Shown here: positions 46,006 through 55,566 of the stretch, piece by piece
Layout of the letters: each line of letters starts with the position of its first letter
How positions within the stretch are numbered: the stretch's first letter is position 1
Assembly (NCBI GenBank): GCA_020725925.1
Contig: DYTN01000004.1
Span: 2,802 to 66,801, forward strand
DNA: 64,000 nt
Origin: Methanobacteriota archaeon
GTDB taxonomy: Archaea; Thermoplasmatota; Thermoplasmata; UBA10834
Direction of reading: 5' to 3'
Notes under the pieces: generated by a model
The model's database searches: none
What the model was told of the DNA's origin: nothing
Seen by the model: the letters and a program-made list of their open reading frames with translations, nothing else
Made by a program: the position numbers and the translations under genes

Positions 46006-46191
46006 ATGGGAGGCAAGCTTAGACGTGGACTATGCGTGGTATCTGGCGTCGTCGAGGTCAGAATCAGAAGCGACCTAGATGAGCTGAGAGCAAAGCGCAA
46101 TATCCCGTCTCGTTCCAAACTGATTGGTTGGATCCTGAGGTCGTACATAGATTCGCTGCGCGACCAAGGAGGCTCAGATGGCTGCTTGTAA
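46006..46191 (+). CDS. Ribbon-helix-helix (CopG/Arc-like) DNA-binding protein (61 aa)
   Basis: VRIRSDLDELRAKRNIPSRSKLIGWILRSYIDS matches the RHH beta-strand plus two-helix pattern. It lies immediately upstream of the integrase. Confidence 0.4.
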   Translation: MGGKLRRGLCVVSGVVEVRIRSDLDELRAKRNIPSRSKLIGWILRSYIDSLRDQGGSDGCL

Positions 46192-46520
46192 GCCCGATCG
46201 CTTCCCAGAGCATCATAGCACTCATCTTAGATGCAGTCGAGCGCAGAAGGCTGCTTCTAAGCTCTCCTCTGACGAACCAACTTCGGGAAACATCATTAGG
46301 CCCGACTGTAATGCTCCTGTCGAGACGAGGATACCGCAACTACATGGACAACTCGTCTTGGGAGCGTGCCCAAACGGCCGACAGAGCCGAGTTTCCCGCG
46401 GTCGCGCAGGCACCTCTGTGGGCTCGAGAAAAGGCCATCGGAGAAGGGGATCGAGAAGCTTGGGCCGGTTTCCGTTCCTAGCGGCTGCAAACGCGCTACT
46501 GACGGAAACCCAGCCGTTCT

Positions 46521-47465
46521 ATGACGCACAAGGAAAGGTGTCGCAAGTTCAGAAGAGTGGGCGAGATTCTGGAAATACTGAAGAGCGAGCGCAGAATCGC
46601 CTCCACCAGCCCCTTGAAGATGAACGAAGCAGATGTTTGCGAATTCATCGGCTGGTGCAAAAGGAACCTCGACTCGACGACAGCTGCGCACTATCTGAAG
46701 TTCCTGGACGAGATACTTCAGTCGGTCGGGAACAACTCAGTCTTGATGGTGAAGACGAAGCGGAAGAGCCTGATACCCCATGTCACACCCAAATCCGTGC
46801 GCACAATCCCCAATGACAGCCTCCTAACCATTCTGTGCGGTAGCTACCGCTTGGGCGATGAGTGGTGGGACGAGGTGGGAAAGACTGCTGCGACTCTCTA
46901 CTTCCACACCGGATTGAGGGTATCTGAGCTCAGACTCGCCAAAGTCGGCGACCTTGACCTGACGAGAGAGCTGATTGTGGTCAGCAGTCCTAAGGGCATA
47001 GGCAGGTGGACGAATGGAACCGAGTCTTCTCCAATCATGTCTGGGGTCGAGAACCTGCTTCGGAACTATCTGCGCATCAGGGAGCACGTTATCGTGCGAT
47101 CCGGAGCAAAACCAGCCAACGTGGAGCCCCTCTTCCCTTATATGACGAAGAAAGGCAGGGTCGGCTACTGGTCTCAGGTCATGTGGGGGCGGCTAAAGCG
47201 GCAGATGGAACTTGCGACAGGCGTCAGGTTCCGCTGGAAGGACTTCCGGCCAACGTACGCACAGCGGCTGAAGGATCTCGGGGCCCCTATCGAGGCGGTG
47301 TCCAAATGCCTCCGGCACAAGGACACCGGCACCACAGAGGAGTACTATGCGCGTATCCGCAGTGAGACCGCGTTCTCCCAAGTGAGACGGGTATGGGAAA
47401 CACCCGTTGCGGAATTTCAATCCGGCGAAATTGAAAATCAGCCAGATAGGATGGTAATGGGGTAG
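46521..47465 (+). CDS. Tyrosine recombinase / phage-type integrase (intact)
   Basis: C-terminal catalytic region with Arg (GLRVSEL), FRPTYAQRL, and LRHKDTGTTEEYYARI containing the terminal Tyr nucleophile. 314 aa. The stop codon overlaps the tRNA-Pro 3' end. Confidence 0.8.
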   Translation: MTHKERCRKFRRVGEILEILKSERRIASTSPLKMNEADVCEFIGWCKRNLDSTTAAHYLKFLDEILQSVGNNSVLMVKTKRKSLIPHVTPKSVRTIPNDSLLTILCGSYRLGDEWWDEVGKTAATLYFHTGLRVSELRLAKVGDLDLTRELIVVSSPKGIGRWTNGTESSPIMSGVENLLRNYLRIREHVIVRSGAKPANVEPLFPYMTKKGRVGYWSQVMWGRLKRQMELATGVRFRWKDFRPTYAQRLKDLGAPIEAVSKCLRHKDTGTTEEYYARIRSETAFSQVRRVWETPVAEFQSGEIENQPDRMVMG

Positions 47466-47531
47466 GCCGGATTTGAACCGACGGTCACGTGGTCCCGAAC
47501 CACGGATCATACCAAGCTAGACCACTACCCC
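47458..47531 (-). tRNA. tRNA-Pro (anticodon CGG), 74 nt, no encoded CCA
   Basis: The reverse-complement strand folds. Acceptor GGGGTAG/CTACCCC. Anticodon stem CGTGG/CCACG with loop TTCGGGA and anticodon CGG. T-arm GTCGG-TTCAAAT-CCGGC. Discriminator A. The D-stem has one mismatch and a 9-nt loop. Confidence 0.65.
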
Positions 47532-47552
47532 GCGTAGGTCGGGCGGGTGAGG

Positions 47553-47560
47553 TATAGAAA
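47553..47560 (-). promoter_or_regulatory. TATA-like box (TTTCTATA on the minus strand) upstream of tRNA-Pro
   Basis: Lies 22-29 nt upstream of the tRNA 5' end. Confidence 0.3.
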
Positions 47561-47786
47561 GGGGTGGCTATTAAGACATAGCGAAGCGCTCGAAATCACC
47601 TCTTGGGGAATGCTAGAACCTCCTCTTCGTCCTCGTGCATTCGACGCTGAGACATGTCTGAGCGAAGGAGGTCCGTCTGTCACTCGACATGCTAAGGAAT
47701 GATCGCTGCCAGACTCCGGCGTATCGTCTATTGCCGTGGCTTAGATACGGCAAACTATAAGTAGCCACCAATCTCCTCCCAGTCAC

Positions 47787-48470
47787 ATGCGAGACCAAGT
47801 CAGGGAAAAGATCGCGGGCGAGATATGTCTTTCTGACGAGCCTGGCAAGACCATACGCAAGTGGCGGGAGCAGTTCAGCATCTCACAGCAGGAGCTCTCG
47901 AGGCACTTGGGCGTCTCCCCTTCTGTCATAAGCGACTACGAGGCCGGGAGGAGGAAGTCGCCGGGCATCGTGACCGTGCGCAAGATCGTCGACGCCTTCC
48001 TCGACATCGACGAGAAGACCGGCGGCGCCATACTCAAGCAGTATTCCCTCGCGTCCAAGACGGACTCCATCATATCCATCAAGGAGTTCGCAAAGGAGGT
48101 CGTGGCATCGGACCTCGTACACAAGATCGACGGCGAGAACCTCACGCCCGCGATTCCGCTGGACAAGCACATACACGGCTACACCGTGATAGACAGCGTG
48201 AGGGCAATCACATCGCTGAGCTCTTTCGACTATCTCAAGATCTACGGCTGGAGCAGCCAGAGGGCGCTCGTGTTCACGGGCGTCAGGTTCGGTCGTTCCC
48301 CCATGATAGCCATCAGGGCGCATCCTCTCAAGCCCGCGATGGTCGTCTACCAGAAGCCTGAGCAGGTGGACGAGCTCGCGATACGCTTGGCAGAGCTGGA
48401 GAACATACCCCTGATCAGGACCACCTTGGCCATAGGCGATCTCGTTGATGAGCTCCAGTCTCTCGGCTGA
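47787..48470 (+). CDS. XRE-family HTH domain protein with a C-terminal domain of unknown function
   Basis: [37 protein letters not shown] is a classic HTH_3 segment. It lies upstream of the HMG-CoA synthase operon. Confidence 0.5.
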   Translation: MRDQVREKIAGEICLSDEPGKTIRKWREQFSISQQELSRHLGVSPSVISDYEAGRRKSPGIVTVRKIVDAFLDIDEKTGGAILKQYSLASKTDSIISIKEFAKEVVASDLVHKIDGENLTPAIPLDKHIHGYTVIDSVRAITSLSSFDYLKIYGWSSQRALVFTGVRFGRSPMIAIRAHPLKPAMVVYQKPEQVDELAIRLAELENIPLIRTTLAIGDLVDELQSLG

Positions 48471-48495
48471 GCGCAAGTCTGGAAGGGATGCAACC

Positions 48496-49548
48496 ATGGA
48501 AGTCGGAATAGTCAGCTACGGCGCCTACGTGCCACGCTACCGGATAACTCCGGAGGAGATCGGCAAGGTCTGGGGCGTGGATGGCAAGTCGATGAGCAAG
48601 GGCCTCATGATCAGCTGCAAGTCGGTGCCCTCGCCGGAGGAGGACACGATCACCATATCCGTCGAGGCTGCGCGGAACATGATGCGCAGGTGCGAGGTGA
48701 ACCCGAAGGACATAGGCGCCATCTATGTCGGCTCGGAGTCGCATCCATACGCCGTCAAGCCGTCCGGCACGATCGTCGCTGAGGCCATCGAGGCCGCCCC
48801 GCACCTGACAGTGGCGGACTTCGAGTTCGCGTGCAAGGCCGGCACCGCGGCGATACAGACCTGCATGGGCCTTGTCGGGTCGGGGATGATCAAGTACGGG
48901 GTCGCAATCGGTGCGGACACGTCTCAGGGAGCGCCTGGGGACGCGCTCGAGTATTCCGCATCTGCCGGCGGAGCGGCTTTTCTCATTGGAGCGGAGAAGA
49001 CAATTGCCACCATCGACCACACATATTCCTACACGACGGACACGCCCGACTTCTGGCGCAGGGAGGGACAGATGTATCCCAGGCACGGGGGCAGGTTCAC
49101 GGGCGAGCCAGCATACTTCAAGCATGTCATCAGTGGAGCGAAGGGCCTTCTTGAGCGCACGAACACGACAGCGAAGGACTACACATATGCCGTGTTTCAC
49201 CAGCCGAACGGGAAGTTCCCCACGAGGGTCGCGAAGCAGCTGGGGTTCGCGGACCTGCAGCTCACGACCGGCCTGCTCGCGCCGACCATAGGCAACACCT
49301 ACTCCGGTGCGGTGCCCCTTGGCCTCGCGGCCATCCTGGACGAGGCGAAGCCAGGGGACAGGATTTTCGCCGTCGCATACGGCTCCGGCGCGGGTTCAGA
49401 CGCATTTGCGATCACGGTGACGAACGAGATCGACTCATATCCGCGCCACAAAGCGCCGAGCGTCAAGGACCTCAACTCGAACCTCAAGTTCCTGGACTAC
49501 GCGACCTACGCGAAGTTCAGGGGCAAGATCATGCTGGGGAGTGAGTGA
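48496..49548 (+). CDS. Hydroxymethylglutaryl-CoA synthase (archaeal type)
   Basis: [28 protein letters not shown]-terminus. The catalytic Cys lies within [10 protein letters not shown]. The gene is first in a three-gene operon with thiolase and DUF35. The ATG at 48496 is preferred over the ORF-track start at 48445. Confidence 0.8.
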   Translation: MEVGIVSYGAYVPRYRITPEEIGKVWGVDGKSMSKGLMISCKSVPSPEEDTITISVEAARNMMRRCEVNPKDIGAIYVGSESHPYAVKPSGTIVAEAIEAAPHLTVADFEFACKAGTAAIQTCMGLVGSGMIKYGVAIGADTSQGAPGDALEYSASAGGAAFLIGAEKTIATIDHTYSYTTDTPDFWRREGQMYPRHGGRFTGEPAYFKHVISGAKGLLERTNTTAKDYTYAVFHQPNGKFPTRVAKQLGFADLQLTTGLLAPTIGNTYSGAVPLGLAAILDEAKPGDRIFAVAYGSGAGSDAFAITVTNEIDSYPRHKAPSVKDLNSNLKFLDYATYAKFRGKIMLGSE

Positions 49549-50717
49549 GCATGAGGCGCGTTGCTGTGATAGGCATCGGCGACACCGAGTTCGGTGAGCT
49601 CTGGGACTCGAGCTTCAGGGAGATAGGCATCCAGGCGGGGCTCATCGCAGTCGCGGATGCCAACATAAGCGCGGACAAGATCGACGCCCTCTTTGTGGGC
49701 AACATGTCCGCTGGGCGGTTCATAGAGCAGGAGCACATAGGTGCCCTCATCGCGGACTACTCCGGCCTTGCGAGAGACCACATACCGGCCACGAGGGTGG
49801 AGGCCGCTGGTGCCTCCGGCGGGCTCGCGCTCAGGCAGGGCTTCCAGGCGGTCGCTTCCGGACTTCACGACATCGTCGTTGTTGGAGGGGCGGAGAAGAT
49901 GACAGACGTGAGCGACACCGAATCATCCATGATTCAGTCCTCCGCAGCTGACCAGGAGTGGGAGACCGTTCTGGGCGCAACGTTCCCCGCGCTGCATGCT
50001 CTCATCGCGAGGAGGCACATGCATCAGTTCGGCACCACCAGGGAGCAACTGGCGGACGTCGCCGTCAAGAATCACAAGAACGGCTCGCTCAACCCGAAGG
50101 CGCAGTTCCAGCGGGAGATCACCAGGGAGACCGTCCTCTCGTCGCCGGTCGTATCCTCTCCGCTCAGGGTGTTCGACTGCGCGCCAAGCTCGGACGGGGC
50201 TGCGGCAGTCGTTCTCTGTCCCCTTGACCAGGCGAAGAAATACACCGACATGCCCATCGAGATCGCTGGGTCGGGCCAGGCCAGCGACACCCTCTCCCTC
50301 CACGACAGAAAGGACATCTGCACCATGGAGGCGACGAGGGTGGCCGCGAAGCGCGCGTTCGACATGGCTGGAATATCGCACAAGGACATCGACGTGGCGG
50401 AGGTGCACGACAACTTCACGATCAGCGAGATACTCGCCATCGAGGACCTGGGGTTCTTCAACAAGGGCGAGGGCGGCAAGGCCACCGAGGCGGGCCTCAC
50501 TGCACTGGAAGGCCAGGTGGCAGTGAACACCTCGGGCGGGCTCAAGGCCAGGGGCGACCCCATAGGAGCGACGGGGCTGGCCCAGGCGGTGGAGATCGTC
50601 ACGCAGCTTCGGGGCACCGCAGGCAAGAGGCAGGTCAAGGATGCGACGATAGGCCTCGCTCACAACGTCGGCGGGACCGGTGCAACTGTCGTAGTCCATG
50701 TGCTCAGGAGGGTCTGA
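49545..50717 (+). CDS. Acetyl-CoA C-acetyltransferase (thiolase), archaeal
   Basis: [17 protein letters not shown]-terminus and a thiolase fold ([13 protein letters not shown] ... [16 protein letters not shown]). The start overlaps the HMGCS stop codon. Confidence 0.85.
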   Translation: MSMRRVAVIGIGDTEFGELWDSSFREIGIQAGLIAVADANISADKIDALFVGNMSAGRFIEQEHIGALIADYSGLARDHIPATRVEAAGASGGLALRQGFQAVASGLHDIVVVGGAEKMTDVSDTESSMIQSSAADQEWETVLGATFPALHALIARRHMHQFGTTREQLADVAVKNHKNGSLNPKAQFQREITRETVLSSPVVSSPLRVFDCAPSSDGAAAVVLCPLDQAKKYTDMPIEIAGSGQASDTLSLHDRKDICTMEATRVAAKRAFDMAGISHKDIDVAEVHDNFTISEILAIEDLGFFNKGEGGKATEAGLTALEGQVAVNTSGGLKARGDPIGATGLAQAVEIVTQLRGTAGKRQVKDATIGLAHNVGGTGATVVVHVLRRV

Positions 50718-50718
50718 C

Positions 50719-51135
50719 ATGGCCACGGCACCGAGGTTCTGGAGGGAGAACCCCAGCAGGTACAACCTCGTGGGCGTGGAGTGCCACAACTGCGGAAGGC
50801 ACTTCTTCCCGCCAAGGAGCATCTGCCCCGTATGCCACAGGAAGAGCGTCGGCAAGATGGAGAAGGTCAAGCTCAAGGGCGAGGGGAAGATATTCTCCCT
50901 GACAGAGGTCCAGGAGAGCCCAGAGGAGATCTCCATGCAGAAGCCCTACGTGCTCGCGATGGTGGAGCTCGTAGAGGGCGCGAGAGTGTCGGGCCAGGTG
51001 ATCGACTGCGACGCCTGCGACCTGGAGATAGGCACGCCCGTCCGGGTGACGCTCAGGAAGCTCAGCGAGGAGGGCCCGTCGGGCATCATCCACTACGGCT
51101 ACAAGTTCGTCCCCCTCAAGGAGAAAGCTCCTTAA
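50719..51135 (+). CDS. DUF35 OB-fold/zinc-ribbon scaffold protein of the thiolase/HMG-CoA synthase complex
   Basis: Zinc ribbon CHNCGRHFFPPRSICPVC followed by an OB-fold region. The gene order is conserved. Confidence 0.75.
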   Translation: MATAPRFWRENPSRYNLVGVECHNCGRHFFPPRSICPVCHRKSVGKMEKVKLKGEGKIFSLTEVQESPEEISMQKPYVLAMVELVEGARVSGQVIDCDACDLEIGTPVRVTLRKLSEEGPSGIIHYGYKFVPLKEKAP

Positions 51136-51199
51136 GTGCGCGGACCGACTTCAGGTATCTGAGGGCTTTCGAGCTCAAGCGCAGCGCGGCGGTCTCACC

Positions 51200-52753
51200 A
51201 TGGCAGTGTCGAAGCGAGTCTCAAGCGACCGCGTAGCGGTCGACGGGAGAAGTTTGACGATCGAGAAGGTCGTGCGCGTGGCGCGCTCGCGCGCCTGCGT
51301 CGAGCTGCCATCGAGCACGCACGAGATGATGCTTCGCTCCCGCAAGGCCCTCGAGAAGCTCGTCGAGGACGGAAGGGTCATCTACGCCGTGAACACGGGC
51401 GTGGGCGAGCTTGTCGACGTGAAGATACCCAAGGACGAGCTCAAGAGCCTCCAGGTGAACCTGCTCCGGAGCCATGCCTGCGGTGTCGGCGAGCGCTATC
51501 CGACCGAGGTCGTCAGGGCGATGATGCTCCTGAGGGCTAACGCGCTCGCGAAGGGCTACTCGGGCGTCAGGCCAGAGGTCGTCCGGATGATCGTCGACAT
51601 GCTGAATGCCGGAGTCCATCCGGCCATTCCTCGGCAGGGCTCCGTCGGCGCGAGCGGCGACCTCGTCATGCTCGCCCACCTCGGCCTCGCGATGATCGGC
51701 GAGGGGGAGGCGGACGCGGGCAAGGGGTTCGAGCCAGGAGCGAAGGCGTTGCGCAGGAAGAAGCTCGAGCCCATCTCGCTCGAGGCAAAGGAAGCGATAT
51801 CGATCATCAACGGCACTCAGGCGATGGCTGCCGTCGGAGCGTTGACCGCCAAGGACGCAGCCGTCCTCGCAGACAACGCGCAGATTGCGGCCGCGATGTC
51901 GCTCGAGGCCCTCAAGGGGACCTCATCGGCCTTCGACATGAAGGTCTCCAAGGTCCGCCCCCACAAGGGCCAGCTGCGCGTGTCTAGGAACATGCTCGCG
52001 CTCCTCCAGGGGAGCGAGATCATGGTCTCTCACCACGACTGCCCCAAGATACAGGACGCGTACACGCTGCGGTGCATTCCCCAGGTCATGGGCGCCAGCC
52101 TCGACGCGATCTGGTACGCCGAGGACGTGCTCGACGTGGAGATCAACTCCGCCACGGACAACCCGCTCTTCTTTCCGGACGAGGGGATGGTCATCTCCGG
52201 CGGCAACTTCCACGGCCAGCCCGTCGCGCTCGCCATGGACTTCCTCGGGCTCGGGGTGCACGAGCTCGGGAGCTTCTCCGAGAGGAGGACCGCGAGGCTC
52301 GTGGACGAGAAGCTCAGCGGCCTGCCAGCGTTCCTGACCAGGCACGGCGGAGTTGCCTCCGGCCTCATGGTCCCCCAGTACGTTGCCGCGTCCATGGTCA
52401 GCGAGAACAAAGTGCTGGTCCATCCTGCATCTGCGGATTCGATTCCCACGAGCGCCAACCAGGAGGACCACAACAGCATGGGCACGATAGCCGCCTGGAA
52501 GGCCAGACAGATAGCAGAGAACGTGAGGCGCGTGGTCGCGATCGAGATGATCACGGCGGCCCAAGGGCTGGACTTCATACATCTCTCCTCGAGCCCGGCA
52601 GTCGAGAAGGTGAGGAGGGTCCTCAGGAAAGCTGTCCCGACCTTGGAGGAGGACAGGCCTCTGGCTGACGAGATAGAGAAGGTGGCCAGGATGATCTCGG
52701 ACGGCGTGTTCGTCCAGGCTGCCGAAGGCGCATGCGGTTTCGAGCGCACGTGA
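51200..52753 (+). CDS. MIO-dependent ammonia-lyase (histidine/aromatic amino-acid ammonia-lyase family)
   Basis: ASG tripeptide in GSVGASGDLVMLAHL (the MIO cofactor precursor). Size is 517 aa. Confidence 0.75.
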   Translation: MAVSKRVSSDRVAVDGRSLTIEKVVRVARSRACVELPSSTHEMMLRSRKALEKLVEDGRVIYAVNTGVGELVDVKIPKDELKSLQVNLLRSHACGVGERYPTEVVRAMMLLRANALAKGYSGVRPEVVRMIVDMLNAGVHPAIPRQGSVGASGDLVMLAHLGLAMIGEGEADAGKGFEPGAKALRRKKLEPISLEAKEAISIINGTQAMAAVGALTAKDAAVLADNAQIAAAMSLEALKGTSSAFDMKVSKVRPHKGQLRVSRNMLALLQGSEIMVSHHDCPKIQDAYTLRCIPQVMGASLDAIWYAEDVLDVEINSATDNPLFFPDEGMVISGGNFHGQPVALAMDFLGLGVHELGSFSERRTARLVDEKLSGLPAFLTRHGGVASGLMVPQYVAASMVSENKVLVHPASADSIPTSANQEDHNSMGTIAAWKARQIAENVRRVVAIEMITAAQGLDFIHLSSSPAVEKVRRVLRKAVPTLEEDRPLADEIEKVARMISDGVFVQAAEGACGFERT

Positions 52754-52809
52754 CTGGCGATAGCTTGAACATCTAGATTCTCAATTCCCGCGCAAAGTGA
52801 GGGCACTGA

Positions 52810-54204
52810 ATGGAAGACCTCGCAGAGGGCATCATCAAGCACGCGCAGAAGCTCGGGGCGGAGTTCGCCGACCTCAGAATCGAGAACGCTTCTGGCACGA
52901 CGATCGTGGTCATGGACGGCAGGACCAAGGCGATGACGACCTCCGTCGAGACCGGCTGCGGCATCAGAGCCTTCGTGGGCGGTGCGTGGGGGTTCGCCTC
53001 GACGAACACTCTGACAAGGACTTCTCTCAGACAGGCGACTGAGGCCGCAGTCGACCTGGCAAAGGCCGCGAAGGCAAAGGCCAAGCTGGAGTTCGAGATT
53101 GTCCACGCGAAGCCCGTCAGGAGAAAGGAGGTCTACAGGTGCAGGGAGCGCGCCGCGGACGTCGCCATCGAGGACAAGCTCGCGTATGTTCTCGGCCTGG
53201 ACAAGAGCATGAAGGCGCTCGACCAGAGGATCTCCAGCACGAGTGCCAGGTACGACGACCTCGAGGCGGACCGAGTGGTCGCCAATTCGTTCGGGACGCT
53301 GTCCAGAATCACGGAGCGGTGGCTCATATCCGCATGCTCTGCGTGGGCGAGGTCGGAGGGCGTCGCCCAGAGAGGCCATGCCTCGCTCGGCAACGTTGGA
53401 GGCTATGAGCTGATGAGGAGGGAGTCCGCCGAGAGGCTGGGGGTCGAGGCTGCCGAGCAGGCCATTCGCTTGCTGGACTCGAAGCCCGTCCCCGCGGGCA
53501 AGTTCACGTGCATACTGGACAACAAGATGACGGGCATGCTGGCCCACGAGGCGTTCGGGCATGCGTGCGAGGCCGATTCTGTGCTCGCGAGCTCGTCCGT
53601 CCTTGAAGGCAAGATGGGCAAGAGGGTCGCGAGTGAGGACATCAGCCTGATAGACGACCCCACGATACCGAGCACGTTCGGCTACTTCTCACTCGACTGG
53701 GAGGGCGTTGGGGCGAAGAGGCACGCGCTCATCGAGGACGGGGTTCTGGTGGGTTACATGCACAACCTCGAATCGAGCAGCAGGATGGGCGTTAGGCCCA
53801 ACGGCTCATCGAGGGCGCAGGCGTTCAACAGCCCGCCCATCATACGAATGAGCAACACGTACATCGCCGGCGGGGACTGGAAGAAGGAAGAGCTGATCGA
53901 GGAGCTCAGGCACGGGCTCCTGATCCAGGGCAGCCAGTACGGATACGTCGAGACCGCGAAGGGCCAGTTCATGTTCAAGTGCGACGAGGCCTACCAGGTC
54001 GACAGAGGGGAAGTCGGCCAGCGCTATCGGGACGCATCCCTATCCGGCGTCATACTCGACGTCCTGAAGAACGTCAAGGGGCTCGCGGACGATTTCATGC
54101 TGGCTGATGCGGGCTATTGCGGAAAGGGGGCGCAAACCGCACGGACGACGGATGGTGGACCGCACATGTGCGTCTCGGACATGGTCGTCGGAGGGTTGGC
54201 CTGA
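52810..54204 (+). CDS. TldD-family metalloprotease-like protein
   Basis: 464-aa protein of the TldD/PmbA fold with an HExxxH-like FGHACEAD, paired with a PmbA-like gene. Confidence 0.7.
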   Translation: MEDLAEGIIKHAQKLGAEFADLRIENASGTTIVVMDGRTKAMTTSVETGCGIRAFVGGAWGFASTNTLTRTSLRQATEAAVDLAKAAKAKAKLEFEIVHAKPVRRKEVYRCRERAADVAIEDKLAYVLGLDKSMKALDQRISSTSARYDDLEADRVVANSFGTLSRITERWLISACSAWARSEGVAQRGHASLGNVGGYELMRRESAERLGVEAAEQAIRLLDSKPVPAGKFTCILDNKMTGMLAHEAFGHACEADSVLASSSVLEGKMGKRVASEDISLIDDPTIPSTFGYFSLDWEGVGAKRHALIEDGVLVGYMHNLESSSRMGVRPNGSSRAQAFNSPPIIRMSNTYIAGGDWKKEELIEELRHGLLIQGSQYGYVETAKGQFMFKCDEAYQVDRGEVGQRYRDASLSGVILDVLKNVKGLADDFMLADAGYCGKGAQTARTTDGGPHMCVSDMVVGGLA

Positions 54205-54210
54205 GGTGAC

Positions 54211-55566
54211 GTGATGGTCGATATCAAGGGACTGGCCGAGAAGACGGTCCGCCAGGCCATGAAGCTGGGGGCGACCCACTGCGATGTGATGGTCGCGGAC
54301 GCGAAGTACGTGTCAGCAGAGATAGAGAAGGGTTCCATCAAAGCTGCGAGCATGCTGTTCGACCCGGGAGTGGCCGTTCGCGTGTTCATGCAGGGTTCGC
54401 AGGGGTTCTCGTCCTGCACAGGCCATGACGCGAAAGCTGTCTGCAGGGCAGTAGAGCTGGCCGTCTCACATGCCAAGGCTGGCACGCGGGATCCTGATTT
54501 CAGAGACCTCCCGTACAAGTCGCCGGGGGGCAGAGCTTCGGGCCTGTTCGAGAAGAGGCTCGCGTCAACGAGCGTCGATGAGATCGTGTCCATGGCCATC
54601 GCCCTCGCGGACAAGGCCGGAGACGACAAGAGGATCGTGGGCGTGAACGCCTCGGTGAACGTTGGGACGGGGACCTACGCCCTCGCGAACAGCAATGGCA
54701 TCTCGCTGTCCCAGAGGCTCAGCTCGTTCGAGCTCGGCGCAGAAGCGGTTGCCAGGTCGGGCGACAAGATGTTCTCGGGCATGGACGGCTTGTGGTCCAG
54801 GAGGCTCGACAGAGCCGCATTGGGGAGGGTCGGAGAGAGCGCGAAGGAGCACGCGCTCCTGGGATTGCGGCAGGTGAAGATCCCGACGGGCGACCGGCCT
54901 GTCGTGATGGATCCGTTGGCGTTCGGTTTCATCCTATCGTCGGCCATCGGCGGGGGAGTGAATGCCGAGAGCATCCAGAGGAAGAGGAGCTACCTCACAG
55001 GGAAGCTGAACCAGGTCATAGGCTCTGACGGCCTCACAGTCATCGACGACCCGACGATCGAATGGGGGCCTGGAAGCTACGCGTTCGACGGCGAGGGAAC
55101 GCCAGCCCGCAAGACCTTGATCGTGGATGGCGGCCTCCTGAGGTCGTATCTTTACGACAGCTACACCGCTGGCAAGGACTGCGTCGAGAGCACTGGCAAC
55201 TCGTCCCGCGGGTCTTCCCTGTGGAGCTTCAGGCATGTGCCGTCGATTTCGAGCTCGAACCTGGTCGTCACACCGGGTGACAGCACTCTGAAGGAGATGG
55301 TCCGGGAGACGAGCAAGGGAGTGTACCTGAGGGTCACGTTCGACTCCCCGAACCTTGCCACCGGCGAGTTCTCAGGTCTCATGATGGAGAGCTTCAGGAT
55401 AGACAAGGGTGAGCTGGGGCCGTCCATCCGCCAGTCTACCATTGGCATCGGCGTGGTAGACATGCTCTCCAGGATTGACATGATCGGCAAGGACCCCAGG
55501 GAATCGTTCGGTGTGCGAACGCCTGCGGTCAGGGTCTCCAAAGCCAGGATAGCGGGCTCAGGCTAG
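54211..55566 (+). CDS. TldE/PmbA-family protein
   Basis: 451 aa of the TldD/PmbA fold, lacking the metal-binding motif. It follows the TldD-like gene directly. Confidence 0.7.
   Translation: MMVDIKGLAEKTVRQAMKLGATHCDVMVADAKYVSAEIEKGSIKAASMLFDPGVAVRVFMQGSQGFSSCTGHDAKAVCRAVELAVSHAKAGTRDPDFRDLPYKSPGGRASGLFEKRLASTSVDEIVSMAIALADKAGDDKRIVGVNASVNVGTGTYALANSNGISLSQRLSSFELGAEAVARSGDKMFSGMDGLWSRRLDRAALGRVGESAKEHALLGLRQVKIPTGDRPVVMDPLAFGFILSSAIGGGVNAESIQRKRSYLTGKLNQVIGSDGLTVIDDPTIEWGPGSYAFDGEGTPARKTLIVDGGLLRSYLYDSYTAGKDCVESTGNSSRGSSLWSFRHVPSISSSNLVVTPGDSTLKEMVRETSKGVYLRVTFDSPNLATGEFSGLMMESFRIDKGELGPSIRQSTIGIGVVDMLSRIDMIGKDPRESFGVRTPAVRVSKARIAGSG

Larger units (their letters stand above)
44700..47531. 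mobile_element. Putative integrated element at tRNA-Pro (integrase plus RHH plus wHTH proteins); the left boundary is uncertain and may extend to about 41407
   Basis: An intact tyrosine recombinase gene abuts and overlaps the tRNA-Pro 3' end. Adjacent small DNA-binding proteins lie in AT-rich DNA. A truncated gene lies at 41407. Confidence 0.4.
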
